Shown here: positions 36,609 to 45,171 of the stretch, one piece after another
How the letters are laid out: each line of letters starts with the position of its first letter
Position numbering within the stretch: position 1 is the first letter of the stretch
Assembly: GCA_045613625.1 (NCBI GenBank)
Contig: JAZLBI010000132.1
Span: 1 to 58,042 of the forward strand
Reading direction: 5' to 3'
Origin: Acutalibacteraceae bacterium
GTDB taxonomy: Bacteria; Bacillota; Clostridia; Oscillospirales; Acutalibacteraceae
Length of the DNA stretch: 58,042 nt
Program-made: the position numbers and the translations under genes
The notes under the pieces: generated by a model
Told to the model about the DNA's origin: nothing
Seen by the model: the letters and a program-made list of their open reading frames with translations, nothing else
The model's database searches: none

Positions 36609-38789
36609 ATGTCCATTGTTTTTGACAGCGAAAAAAAGATATTCAAGCTTGATACAGCAACATCAAGCTATATTTTTCAGATTTACGAACAGAACTATAT
36701 AGTTCATCTTTATTACGGAGCAAAAATACCCGATAACAATGTTACGGGTCTTAAGTACAGAGGCGGATTTCCTTCGTTCAGCCCCAATAATATAAAGGTT
36801 GATGACTGGATGTTTTCACCCGATGTAACTCCTATGGAGTATCCCGGTGAGGGCACCGGTGATTTCAGAATTTCCGCTTTTTCCGTTCGCAATGCAGACG
36901 GAAACAACTCAACAGATGTTCGCTATGTTTCGCATAAAATTTATGCGGGCAAGCCGTCAATCGAAGGCCTTCCCGCTCTTTATGTTGAAAATGACGACGA
37001 AGCAACAACTCTTGAACTCCTTACCGAAGACAGCGTAACGGGCGTTCAGGCTGTGCTTTATTTCACAGTTTTTGAAAAGTTCGGCGCAATGACAAGAAGT
37101 GTCAAGGTGATCAATAATTCCGATAAAACCGTTGAAATTGAAAGAGTTATGAGCGCTTGTGTGGATTTCCACACTCACGACTATGAAATGCTCACTCTTT
37201 ACGGCAGATGGAGCAAAGAAAGAAGCCTTGAGAGAAGACCTCTTGCCCACGGCAGACAGCTTGTTTCAAGCAAGAGAGGCTCATCGAGCCATCATCAGAA
37301 TCCCTTCGGTGCAATTGTTGATAAGGGCGCAACAGAGGATTACGGCAATGCTTACGGCTTCAATCTTGTTTACAGCGGAAATTTTGCTTTCGAAGCTGAA
37401 GTTAATCAGTTTGCGGGCACAAGAGTTATAATGGGCATCAATCCCGAAGGCTTCGGATGGACTCTTGAACCCGGCGCAGAGTTCAATTCTCCCGAAGCTG
37501 TTATGGTTTATACACCCGACGGCATCGGCGAAATGAGCAGAATATTCCACAGACTTTACAGAAAGCATCTTATCCGTGGCAAGTGGAAAGATATAAAACG
37601 CCCGCTTCTTATCAATAACTGGGAAGCAACAGGTATGGATTTCACAGGCGATCAGCTTGTAACTTTTGCAGAAAGAGCAAAAGAGCTTGGCATTGAAATG
37701 CTTGTTATGGATGACGGCTGGTTCGGCGACAGAAATTCTGACCGCAGCGGTCTGGGTGATTGGCAGGTTAACGAAGAGAAACTCGGAGGCACTCTTGCCG
37801 AGTTTGTTGAAAAAATAAATGATCTCGGAATAAAATTCGGCATCTGGTATGAGCCCGAAATGATTTCGAGAGACAGCAATCTCTATCGTGCTCATCCTGA
37901 TTGGTGTATCCATGTTCCCGGCAGAGAAAAATCAATAGCACGCTATCAGTATGTGCTTGATTATTCAAGGCAGGATGTACGTGATTACATATTTAACGAG
38001 ATGTATAAGGTTCTTTCAACCTGTAAAATTGATTATCTCAAATGGGATTTCAACCGTAATCTTACCGAGGTCGGTTCAGCGGCTCTTCCCGCTGACAGGC
38101 AGAAGGAGGTCTTCCACCGCTTTGTTCTCGGAACATATGAGGTTATGGACAGACTTACAAAAGCCTTCCCCGATATGCTTATCGAAAACTGCTCGGGCGG
38201 CGGCGGACGATTTGATCCCGGTATGCTGTATTTTTCACCGCAGATATGGACCAGCGATAACACAGACCCCATTGAACGCCTCACAATTCAGTTCGGAACA
38301 TCGATGTGCTATCCTGCATCAACCATGGGTGCCCATGTTTCCGCATGCAGAAGAACGGGCTATGATACCAAAGGTCTTGTTGCTCTCTGGGGTTCGTTCG
38401 GATATGAGCTTGATCCCAATAAGTTCACCGATGAAGAAAAAAGAATCGTAAAACGCCAGGTGAAAGAATATCATAAATATTATGATGTTATTCATTACGG
38501 CGATCTCTACAGGCTTATAAGCCCCTTCGAAAACAACAACAGAGCTGCTTGGGAATTTGTTTCTGAAGATAAAAACGAAGCGCTTCTCACAAGCATTGTT
38601 ATCAGCAGACCTGCCGATACCGCTTTGTTTATAAAGCTTAAGGGTCTTGATCCCGAAAAGTATTATGTTGATGAGGATACCGATGAGGTTTATTCGGGCG
38701 CATTGCTTATGAATGCGGGTGTTTGCCTGCCGAATGAAAGTGTCTCTGACGGTTCCGGATTTATTAAGTATTTCAAAGCATTGAAATAA
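36609..38789 (+). CDS. Alpha-galactosidase, GH36
   Basis: NNWEA, VMDDGWFG.R, FGIWYEPEM, YLKWDFNR, CSGGGGRFD, WTSDNTD. Confidence 0.94.
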   Translation: MSIVFDSEKKIFKLDTATSSYIFQIYEQNYIVHLYYGAKIPDNNVTGLKYRGGFPSFSPNNIKVDDWMFSPDVTPMEYPGEGTGDFRISAFSVRNADGNNSTDVRYVSHKIYAGKPSIEGLPALYVENDDEATTLELLTEDSVTGVQAVLYFTVFEKFGAMTRSVKVINNSDKTVEIERVMSACVDFHTHDYEMLTLYGRWSKERSLERRPLAHGRQLVSSKRGSSSHHQNPFGAIVDKGATEDYGNAYGFNLVYSGNFAFEAEVNQFAGTRVIMGINPEGFGWTLEPGAEFNSPEAVMVYTPDGIGEMSRIFHRLYRKHLIRGKWKDIKRPLLINNWEATGMDFTGDQLVTFAERAKELGIEMLVMDDGWFGDRNSDRSGLGDWQVNEEKLGGTLAEFVEKINDLGIKFGIWYEPEMISRDSNLYRAHPDWCIHVPGREKSIARYQYVLDYSRQDVRDYIFNEMYKVLSTCKIDYLKWDFNRNLTEVGSAALPADRQKEVFHRFVLGTYEVMDRLTKAFPDMLIENCSGGGGRFDPGMLYFSPQIWTSDNTDPIERLTIQFGTSMCYPASTMGAHVSACRRTGYDTKGLVALWGSFGYELDPNKFTDEEKRIVKRQVKEYHKYYDVIHYGDLYRLISPFENNNRAAWEFVSEDKNEALLTSIVISRPADTALFIKLKGLDPEKYYVDEDTDEVYSGALLMNAGVCLPNESVSDGSGFIKYFKALK

Positions 38790-38812
38790 ATATTTTTAAG
38801 GAGGAAGATATC

Positions 38813-39280
38813 ATGAAATTCTGTCCCAATTGCAACACAGCTGCAGACGATAACGCAACATTCTGCACAGTATGCGGCGCAACTTTTGCTCCCGCAAATC
38901 CCAATGCAGGTACTTACACACCGCCTATCGTTAACAGCTTCGACCACACAGCAGAGTTTGATGCAAATGATGTTGCAGAAAATAAGATCTGGGCTTCGCT
39001 CGGCTATATTTTCGGTTTCATTGGAGTTATCATTGCATTGCTTGCAAAGAAGGAATCAGCTTTTGTTGATTTCCATATAAAGCAGGCTCTCAAGATTTCA
39101 ATTGCTTCAACTCTCATCGGTATCATTACTGCTGTTCTCAGCTGGACACTTATTGTTCCTTTTGTTGGTCTTATTGCAATCACAGCTCTTGAAGTTATCA
39201 GCTACATCAGCTTCTTTGATGCATTCAAAGGCAATGCAAAAGAGCCCGCAATCATTCGCAACCTCAATTTCCTCAAATAA
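38813..39280 (+). CDS. Zinc-ribbon plus DUF4870-like membrane protein
   Basis: MKFCPNC...FCTVCG; D..ENK..A.L.Y, F..FH..Q motif, three hydrophobic helices. Confidence 0.75.
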   Translation: MKFCPNCNTAADDNATFCTVCGATFAPANPNAGTYTPPIVNSFDHTAEFDANDVAENKIWASLGYIFGFIGVIIALLAKKESAFVDFHIKQALKISIASTLIGIITAVLSWTLIVPFVGLIAITALEVISYISFFDAFKGNAKEPAIIRNLNFLK

Positions 39281-39292
39281 TTGAGAAAAGCC

Positions 39293-39323
39293 AAAGCCCC
39301 TCGGATTTTATCCGAAGGGCTTT
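39293..39323. terminator. Bidirectional terminator
   Basis: AAAGCCCCTCGGA-TTTTA-TCCGAAGGGCTTT. Confidence 0.75.
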
Positions 39324-39326
39324 TCT

Positions 39327-40436
39327 TTATTTGTTTTTTGATTTTTGTTTTTTAGTTAGTTTGATTAATCCGGCAACGCCTGCAACCGCGCCTGCAACAA
39401 TCGCAAATTCTTTGACGGCGGTTGTTACCTGAGAAACGCTTGTAGGCGCATAGGAGTAAAGAAAGAATTTTGCTTTGTTCTTTACCTTTTTGCCGCAAAG
39501 TTCGCCGAATGTCACTGTTTTTGTTTCGTATCTTCCGTCTTCTTCTATATTGAATATACGCACGCCTCTGTTATGACCCGGGCCGTAAACATTGAAGCCT
39601 GCGCCCTGAGTATAGCCGAGGTCGATTCCTTTATAATCCGAAACGAAGCTGTTTATGTGGTCATGGCCAACATAAAGACCGAGCACCTCGCCTTTTTCAA
39701 GAAAAGCATCAACCTGACCGATGTTTTCAAACGGTGCAGCGGGAGATTCCTTCATGAAATCCCGAAGTCCGCAGTTATACAGGTCAAGTGTATAGAATTC
39801 GTTTTTGTGGTCGCCGTAGGCTCTTACTGCGCCTTTTGTGAAGCGTTTCACCTTCTTGATAACATCAAAATATTCGGGTGTGGGAATATGCTGAAAAACA
39901 AGAGAGGGGAGCGGGCTTTCATATGAATCTCTTATGTTGCGATACCAATCAAGCTGTTCGGCATAAACGCCGCTGTATCCGCCGTTTTTTGCTCTTGAAT
40001 GAGTGTCAAAAAGATAAACAAGGAATTTATCGTCAATACTCAGACAGAAGGTTGCAGGGTCGTCTTCAGCTGCAGCATCGGCATAAACAAACATCGGAGA
40101 ACGCTTGTAAAATTCAAATTGTTCAGGCTTTTTCAAAGCGGCTTCGCCGTCGTGGTTGCCGAAAGTCATTGTGAACGGAATGCCGTGCTCTTCAAGGGGC
40201 TTTATGAGTGCGCTGAGGGTTGATTCAACATTCTTTTTGCCTTTTTCGCCAAGAAAAAAAGAAGAATAACCTTTTATCTGGTCGCCCGTGAATATAACAA
40301 GATCCGGCTTTTCAGCTTCAAGAGCTGCGTTGATAAGTTTTATTGTGTCGGGCGATACAGCGGGAATTTCCTGCGTATCGGCAATCTGCATAATCTTGAA
40401 CTTACCGTTTCTGAAATTCAGTTCTTTGTTTTGCAT
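39327..40436 (-). CDS. Calcineurin-like metallophosphoesterase (Dcr2-like) with C-terminal hydrophobic anchor
   Basis: ADTQ, FTGDQ, FGNHDGE, FQHIP, GHDHIN; hydrophobic plus Lys-rich tail. Confidence 0.85.
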   Translation of the reverse strand: MQNKELNFRNGKFKIMQIADTQEIPAVSPDTIKLINAALEAEKPDLVIFTGDQIKGYSSFFLGEKGKKNVESTLSALIKPLEEHGIPFTMTFGNHDGEAALKKPEQFEFYKRSPMFVYADAAAEDDPATFCLSIDDKFLVYLFDTHSRAKNGGYSGVYAEQLDWYRNIRDSYESPLPSLVFQHIPTPEYFDVIKKVKRFTKGAVRAYGDHKNEFYTLDLYNCGLRDFMKESPAAPFENIGQVDAFLEKGEVLGLYVGHDHINSFVSDYKGIDLGYTQGAGFNVYGPGHNRGVRIFNIEEDGRYETKTVTFGELCGKKVKNKAKFFLYSYAPTSVSQVTTAVKEFAIVAGAVAGVAGLIKLTKKQKSKNK

Positions 40437-40452
40437 CTGAACACCGCCTGTT

Positions 40453-40484
40453 AAAAACCGCCGAAGTCTGAGAGCTTCGGCGGT
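40453..40484 (-). terminator. Terminator after prs
   Basis: Minus strand ACCGCCGAAG...CTTCGGCGGT followed by T run. Confidence 0.7.
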
Positions 40485-40490
40485 GAATTT

Positions 40491-41681
40491 TTATTTGCTG
40501 TTGATATGGCTTTCAAAGCCGTATTTTGTGAGAAGCTTGTGAATTCTGTCTTTGGGATCAAGAAGACCGCTGACAGATTCGTCGTGGTTGAGAGTATCGA
40601 TGATGTATGAGCAGTATTTTGAAACGTCAACGCTTACATACCATTCTCTTTCAAGAAGCTCCTTGGGGGAGTAAATAAGGTTTGTTGTGAAAACCTTGTT
40701 GATGAGTCCGTCTGCATAAGCCTTATCAAAGGTTTCAAGACCGTTGCAGAAAAGGCCGAAGGAAGCGCAGATGAAAATTCTGTTTGCTTTGAGTTCTTTA
40801 AGCTTGGTTGCAACTTCAATCATTGAATCGCCTGAAGAAATCATATCGTCAATGATGATAACATCTTTGCCTTCAACGTTTGTTCCGAGGAATTCATGAG
40901 CAACGATGGGGTTTCTTCCGTCAACAATAACAGAATAATCGCGGCGCTTATAGAACATACCGAGGTCAAGGCCGAGAACGCTTGAGAAATAGATGCATCG
41001 GCCCATACCGCCTTCGTCGGGTGAAATAACCATCATATGGTTGTTGTCGATGTTGAGGTCAGGAATGTTTTTGCACATTGCCTTGATCATCTGATAAACG
41101 GGCTGAACGTTTTCAAAGCCGTTCTGGGGGATAGCATTCTGAACTCTGGGGTCGTGAGCATCAAAAGTGATGATGTTTTCAACTCCGAGATTGTAGCAAA
41201 GCTCGCGAAGCATATCTGCGCAGTCAAGAGATTCTCTGCTTGAGCGTCTGTGCTGTCTTCCTTCGTAAAGCATAGGCATAATAACATTGATTCTTCTTGC
41301 CTTGCCTGCGATGGCGCTTATTGCCCTTTTAAGGTTTGAGAAATGGTCATCGGGGCTCATGGGCACATATCTGCCGTACATTTTGTATTCAACGCCGTAA
41401 TTGAAGGGGTCACAAAGGATGAACACGTCAAAACCTCTGACGCTTTCGTTAATGACGCATTTTCCTTCGCCTGTGCCGAATCTGGGGAAAGAAGCTTTAA
41501 TGATGTATGTGTCTCTTTCGTAGCCAACGAAAGGAAGAGTCATCTTATGCTCGCTATCTCTTTCTTTTCGCCAGTTAACAAGGTAGGCGTCAATTTTTTT
41601 TGCAACATCTTCACAGCCGGGCAATGCAATAATTCCGAGCTGGCCGACGGGTATTGTTCTGAAATCTTCGTAATCGGGCAT
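40491..41681 (-). CDS. prs: Ribose-phosphate pyrophosphokinase (long clostridial type)
   Basis: RFGTGE, ESVRG, YEGRQ, DAHD, SPDEGG, IIIDDMISSG.S. Confidence 0.93.
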   Translation of the reverse strand: MPDYEDFRTIPVGQLGIIALPGCEDVAKKIDAYLVNWRKERDSEHKMTLPFVGYERDTYIIKASFPRFGTGEGKCVINESVRGFDVFILCDPFNYGVEYKMYGRYVPMSPDDHFSNLKRAISAIAGKARRINVIMPMLYEGRQHRRSSRESLDCADMLRELCYNLGVENIITFDAHDPRVQNAIPQNGFENVQPVYQMIKAMCKNIPDLNIDNNHMMVISPDEGGMGRCIYFSSVLGLDLGMFYKRRDYSVIVDGRNPIVAHEFLGTNVEGKDVIIIDDMISSGDSMIEVATKLKELKANRIFICASFGLFCNGLETFDKAYADGLINKVFTTNLIYSPKELLEREWYVSVDVSKYCSYIIDTLNHDESVSGLLDPKDRIHKLLTKYGFESHINSK

Positions 41682-41717
41682 AGCTAATTCCTCCGCATTT
41701 AATATATCACTGATATT

Positions 41718-41830
41718 CTACTATATTTTGATGGATTTTGAAAGACTATATCGAAAAATAAGGAAGAAAAAAATACACAATATTTTGTGCTTAATTTGTA
41801 CATTTTGCCGATAAACACAATATAGAAGGT
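41718..41830. promoter_or_regulatory. Up to three NrdR-box-like sites upstream of prs
   Basis: CTACTATATTTTGATG (41718), ACACAATATTTTGTGC (41775), weaker ACACAATATAGAAGGT (41815). Confidence 0.55.
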
Positions 41831-41840
41831 GTATGGGGTG

Positions 41841-43004
41841 TTATGTGTAGCTTCGGTCAACGTTTATAACGGTGAAATAATTTTCATTTTCCGTTTTGAT
41901 TTTTATGCCAACAAGCTCTTTGAATTCGGTTTCCGTGTATTTTGCTTTTCGTGGAAGAACAACATCAAAAATGAGGTTTGTGTGAGTAGGACCTTCAACA
42001 ACTCTGAAATCGTGAACGGTTGCATCTTCGCATATTCCGATAACCGTTTTCGCTGCAAGTTCTTTGAGTTTATGTGTTCTTTCGTCGTTTATAATCGGGT
42101 CCATATGTATTGAAATTTCAATGCCGAGCTGTTCTTTTATCTGCCTTTCGAGAATGTCGATTGTGTCGTGGCTCTGAAGAATATCAATATCTGCGGGAAC
42201 TTCTGCGTGAAGAGAACCGTAGATTTTTGCGTGACCGTAGCTGTGGAGCACAAGGTCGTGAATTCCGACAACACCTTCGGTTGAAAGCACAAGCATTTCA
42301 AGTTCTTTAACAATTTCTTTATCGGGCGGTTCGCCGAGAAGGGGACCCATTGTTTCTCTTATTATATTGATACCCGCATAGATGATAACAAGGGCAACAA
42401 TTATGCCCATAACCGCATCAACAGGTAAATCGGTGTATTTTGAGGCGATAAGAGCAATCAGTGAACAGGTTGTTGCTGCAATGTCACCGATGCTGTCGGT
42501 TACAACTGCATTAACAGAAACAGAATCTATCATTTTTCCGATTTTTCTGTTGAAGAGCGCAAGCCAGAGCTTTCCGAAAATTGAAAGCACAAGCACAACA
42601 ACAGCGGGCACGCTGAAAATAACCGTTTCGGGGTTGCGGAATTTATCGATTGATGTTTTGATGAGCTCAACACCCATAATCAGAATGAAAAACGCAAGAG
42701 TGAGAGCAGAAATATATTCAACTCTTCCGTGACCGAAGGGGTGCTCATCATCGGCGGGTTTTCCCGAAATCTTAAAGCCTGCAAGGCTGATAACGGAGCT
42801 GAGAGCATCGAAAATATTGTTCATTCCGTCGGCGACAATCGAAACGCTCTTGGTGAGCAGACCGAAAATCATTTTGAAAACCGAAAGAACGGTGTTGAGA
42901 ACGATTCCCACAATTCCGCTGAGTGTACCGAGCTTTATTCTTACCTTTTCGCTGCGGATGTTTTTATAATCCTTCACAAAAATCTTAATTAACAGATTTG
43001 TCAT
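41841..43004 (-). CDS. Cation diffusion facilitator (CDF) transporter
   Basis: PADDEHPFGHGRVEY, DSIGD, HDL.LHSYG, duplicated C-terminal dimerisation domain. Confidence 0.92.
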   Translation of the reverse strand: MTNLLIKIFVKDYKNIRSEKVRIKLGTLSGIVGIVLNTVLSVFKMIFGLLTKSVSIVADGMNNIFDALSSVISLAGFKISGKPADDEHPFGHGRVEYISALTLAFFILIMGVELIKTSIDKFRNPETVIFSVPAVVVLVLSIFGKLWLALFNRKIGKMIDSVSVNAVVTDSIGDIAATTCSLIALIASKYTDLPVDAVMGIIVALVIIYAGINIIRETMGPLLGEPPDKEIVKELEMLVLSTEGVVGIHDLVLHSYGHAKIYGSLHAEVPADIDILQSHDTIDILERQIKEQLGIEISIHMDPIINDERTHKLKELAAKTVIGICEDATVHDFRVVEGPTHTNLIFDVVLPRKAKYTETEFKELVGIKIKTENENYFTVINVDRSYT

Positions 43005-43008
43005 ATTT

Positions 43009-43866
43009 TCAGTCCTTTATAACGTGAATATCAAGCTGCCCGTAGGGGATTGAAATTTTGCTTTCATCAAATGCTTTTTTGACATTTTCTTGCATATAAT
43101 AGAAGATATCCCAATAATCGTTGCTGTTGCACCATATGAAACAGGCAAGATTAACCGAGCTTGCGGCGTGCTCTTTAACGGCAATGAGCGGATCGGGATC
43201 GGTTAAAATCAGATCATTGCTTTTGATGACATCAAGCAATATTTCTTTGGCTTTTGAGATGTCAGCATCGTAAGAAATTGAGAAAACAAAATCAATTCGG
43301 CGTTTGTTCTCTGCGTTGTAATTTATAATATTGCTGTTTGTGATTGTTGCGTTGGGAACGATAACACGCTTGTTATCAGCAGTGATGAGTGTTGTATACA
43401 TCATTTTGATTTCCTGAACGCTGCCGCTTACCGTTCCGATATCAATATAGTCGCCGCTTTTGAACGGTTTGTTGAAAATAATCTGAATTCCGCTTGCAAA
43501 CTGGCTTATACTTGACTGAAGGCCGAGACCGGCGGTTATACCTGCGGCGCCGAGAGCTGTTATGAAAGAGTTAACATCAACATTAAGTGCCGAAAAAGCA
43601 GAGAGAACAAAAATAAGATTTATCAGAAAAACAACCATTGTTTTGATGAAAGAATGAACGGAGGAGTCAACACCTCTTGCTTTCATAGCTTTCACAAGAA
43701 GGCCGCCTGTGATTTTTGAAACAACAAATCCGATAATCAGAATCAGAATTGCGGTGAAAACAGCCGGCAGATGCGCTTCGATTATACCTAAAACAGCTTT
43801 ATAATCGCCGTTTCTTATATGGTCAAAAATGGTTGGCTGCGATGCGCTGAGCATATAAAAACCCAT
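43009..43866 (-). CDS. mscS: Small-conductance mechanosensitive channel
   Basis: GAAG...GLGLQ, KPFK.GD.I, T.DN..V.VPN, ISY..D, F....I.IP. Confidence 0.9.
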   Translation of the reverse strand: MGFYMLSASQPTIFDHIRNGDYKAVLGIIEAHLPAVFTAILILIIGFVVSKITGGLLVKAMKARGVDSSVHSFIKTMVVFLINLIFVLSAFSALNVDVNSFITALGAAGITAGLGLQSSISQFASGIQIIFNKPFKSGDYIDIGTVSGSVQEIKMMYTTLITADNKRVIVPNATITNSNIINYNAENKRRIDFVFSISYDADISKAKEILLDVIKSNDLILTDPDPLIAVKEHAASSVNLACFIWCNSNDYWDIFYYMQENVKKAFDESKISIPYGQLDIHVIKD

Positions 43867-43972
43867 AACATTTCTCCTTAAAATAATCTAACTTTATTAT
43901 TATATATCCTTTTATTTTGAAATGCAATAGTCAGTTGAAAATGGCAGAAGATCGAAAAAAGCAGATTTTGTG

Positions 43973-44001
43973 TTGACAAATTGCAAACTATATTTTATAA
44001 T
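43973..44001 (+). promoter_or_regulatory. Consensus sigmaA promoter of tRNA-Leu
   Basis: TTGACA-N17-TATAAT. Confidence 0.85.
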
Positions 44002-44051
44002 AGTAACGCTGAATTGGTGAAAAAGGCTTTTTCTTCCAACGCAGTTTAAAT

Positions 44052-44138
44052 GCCGGTGTGGCGAAATCGGCAGACGCAAGGGACTTAAAATCCCTCGGTG
44101 GCAACACCGTACCGGTTCAAGTCCGGTCACCGGCACCA
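44052..44138 (+). tRNA. tRNA-Leu(TAA)
   Basis: GCCGGTG/CACCGGC acceptor, AGGGA-CTTAAAA-TCCCT, long variable arm, CCA end, 87 nt. Confidence 0.96.
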
Positions 44139-44173
44139 AAATGTTCTCCACTTGCGCAATCGGAGGCATTGAT

Positions 44174-44288
44174 TAATGAACGATGAGTAATTAGAGCTTT
44201 TCGGCTATATACATAATCCTGAGCAAGGGATCAACAATTGTAATTATGTATTTTATTCGGAAAACTCAAAATTATTCATTGTTCATTA
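44174..44288. repeat. Long imperfect inverted repeat / rod-like hairpin
   Basis: TAATGAACGATGAGTAATT pairs with AATTATTCATTGTTCATTA; GAGCTTTTCG with CGGAAAACTC; TACATAAT with ATTATGTA. Confidence 0.7.
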
Positions 44289-44302
44289 TTTTTTTGTCAA
44301 AG

Positions 44303-44340
44303 AAATACCCGCTGCTATCGTTTTGATAACAGCGGATTTT
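44303..44340. terminator. Terminator next to GDPD stop
   Basis: CCGCTG-c-TATC-GTTTT-GATA-a-CAGCGG followed by T run. Confidence 0.6.
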
Positions 44341-45009
44341 TTATTTTATAAGCATTTTTAATTTGTCAGGCTTTTTTGTTGTTATGTTATCGGGCGAGAA
44401 GGCGAGGGCTTTGAGCATATCGGATTTTTTGTTCGCAGTCCAGAGCGAAAGGAGAAGCCCGCTTTCGTGAACTTTTTTTGCCATCATCTCGGATACACCC
44501 TTGAAATTTGAGTTTATGCCGAATGCGCCGAGTTCAATCGATTTGTGTATGATGCAGTCAACATATTTTTCATCAGTGCTTTCTTCAATTGAGGGATTGT
44601 AGTTGATATAATACGGTATATCCGAATTGTTGCGCACGGTTTCAACCCAATCCTCAAAAACACCTGTGTAAAAAACTCTTTTTTCAAGCCCGAAAGCTTT
44701 TACGAGTTTATCAACCTCGGGAAGATTTGCGGTTGATTTTATGTCAAGATTGATTTTGCATTCTTTGCTTTTTGCAACCTCTTCAAGCGCTTTTTCAAGC
44801 AAAACGCCCTGTCTTTGAGACGGGGAGGAGTTATGGATTATAACCGCCGTACCGTCGGGTCTGAAGCTGACATCAAATTCGACAACATCCGACCCGCATT
44901 CAACCGCTGTTCTGACCGATGAAATGCTGTTTGCTTTTGTTCCGAATGCGCCCGCGTGGCTTGTAACCGTAAATCCTTCGGGAAGCGTTACGGATTTTAT
45001 TGGTTTCAT
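44341..45009 (-). CDS. Glycerophosphodiester phosphodiesterase family protein
   Basis: SHAG....NS, VEFDV...DG...IH, NLDIK, WT.N, ITT..P. Confidence 0.82.
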   Translation of the reverse strand: MKPIKSVTLPEGFTVTSHAGAFGTKANSISSVRTAVECGSDVVEFDVSFRPDGTAVIIHNSSPSQRQGVLLEKALEEVAKSKECKINLDIKSTANLPEVDKLVKAFGLEKRVFYTGVFEDWVETVRNNSDIPYYINYNPSIEESTDEKYVDCIIHKSIELGAFGINSNFKGVSEMMAKKVHESGLLLSLWTANKKSDMLKALAFSPDNITTKKPDKLKMLIK

Positions 45010-45171
45010 AAAATCACCTCTGCAGTATCATTAAATCACAGCTTGGTTTCTTTGTCAATAATCGAATTTTTTTATATTTATTCATACAAATTATATAAAA
45101 GTTGTTGAACAATGAAAAAAAATATGTTATCATTAAACAAAATGAATAAATATTATAGAGGAGGCGATCAG

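Noticed and set aside
43912-44169. 85-aa minus-strand ORF
   Set aside because: Antisense to tRNA-Leu and its promoter
44139-44340. Integrated element or prophage at tRNA-Leu
   Set aside because: No integrase, and I saw no duplicated tRNA 3' end in the window
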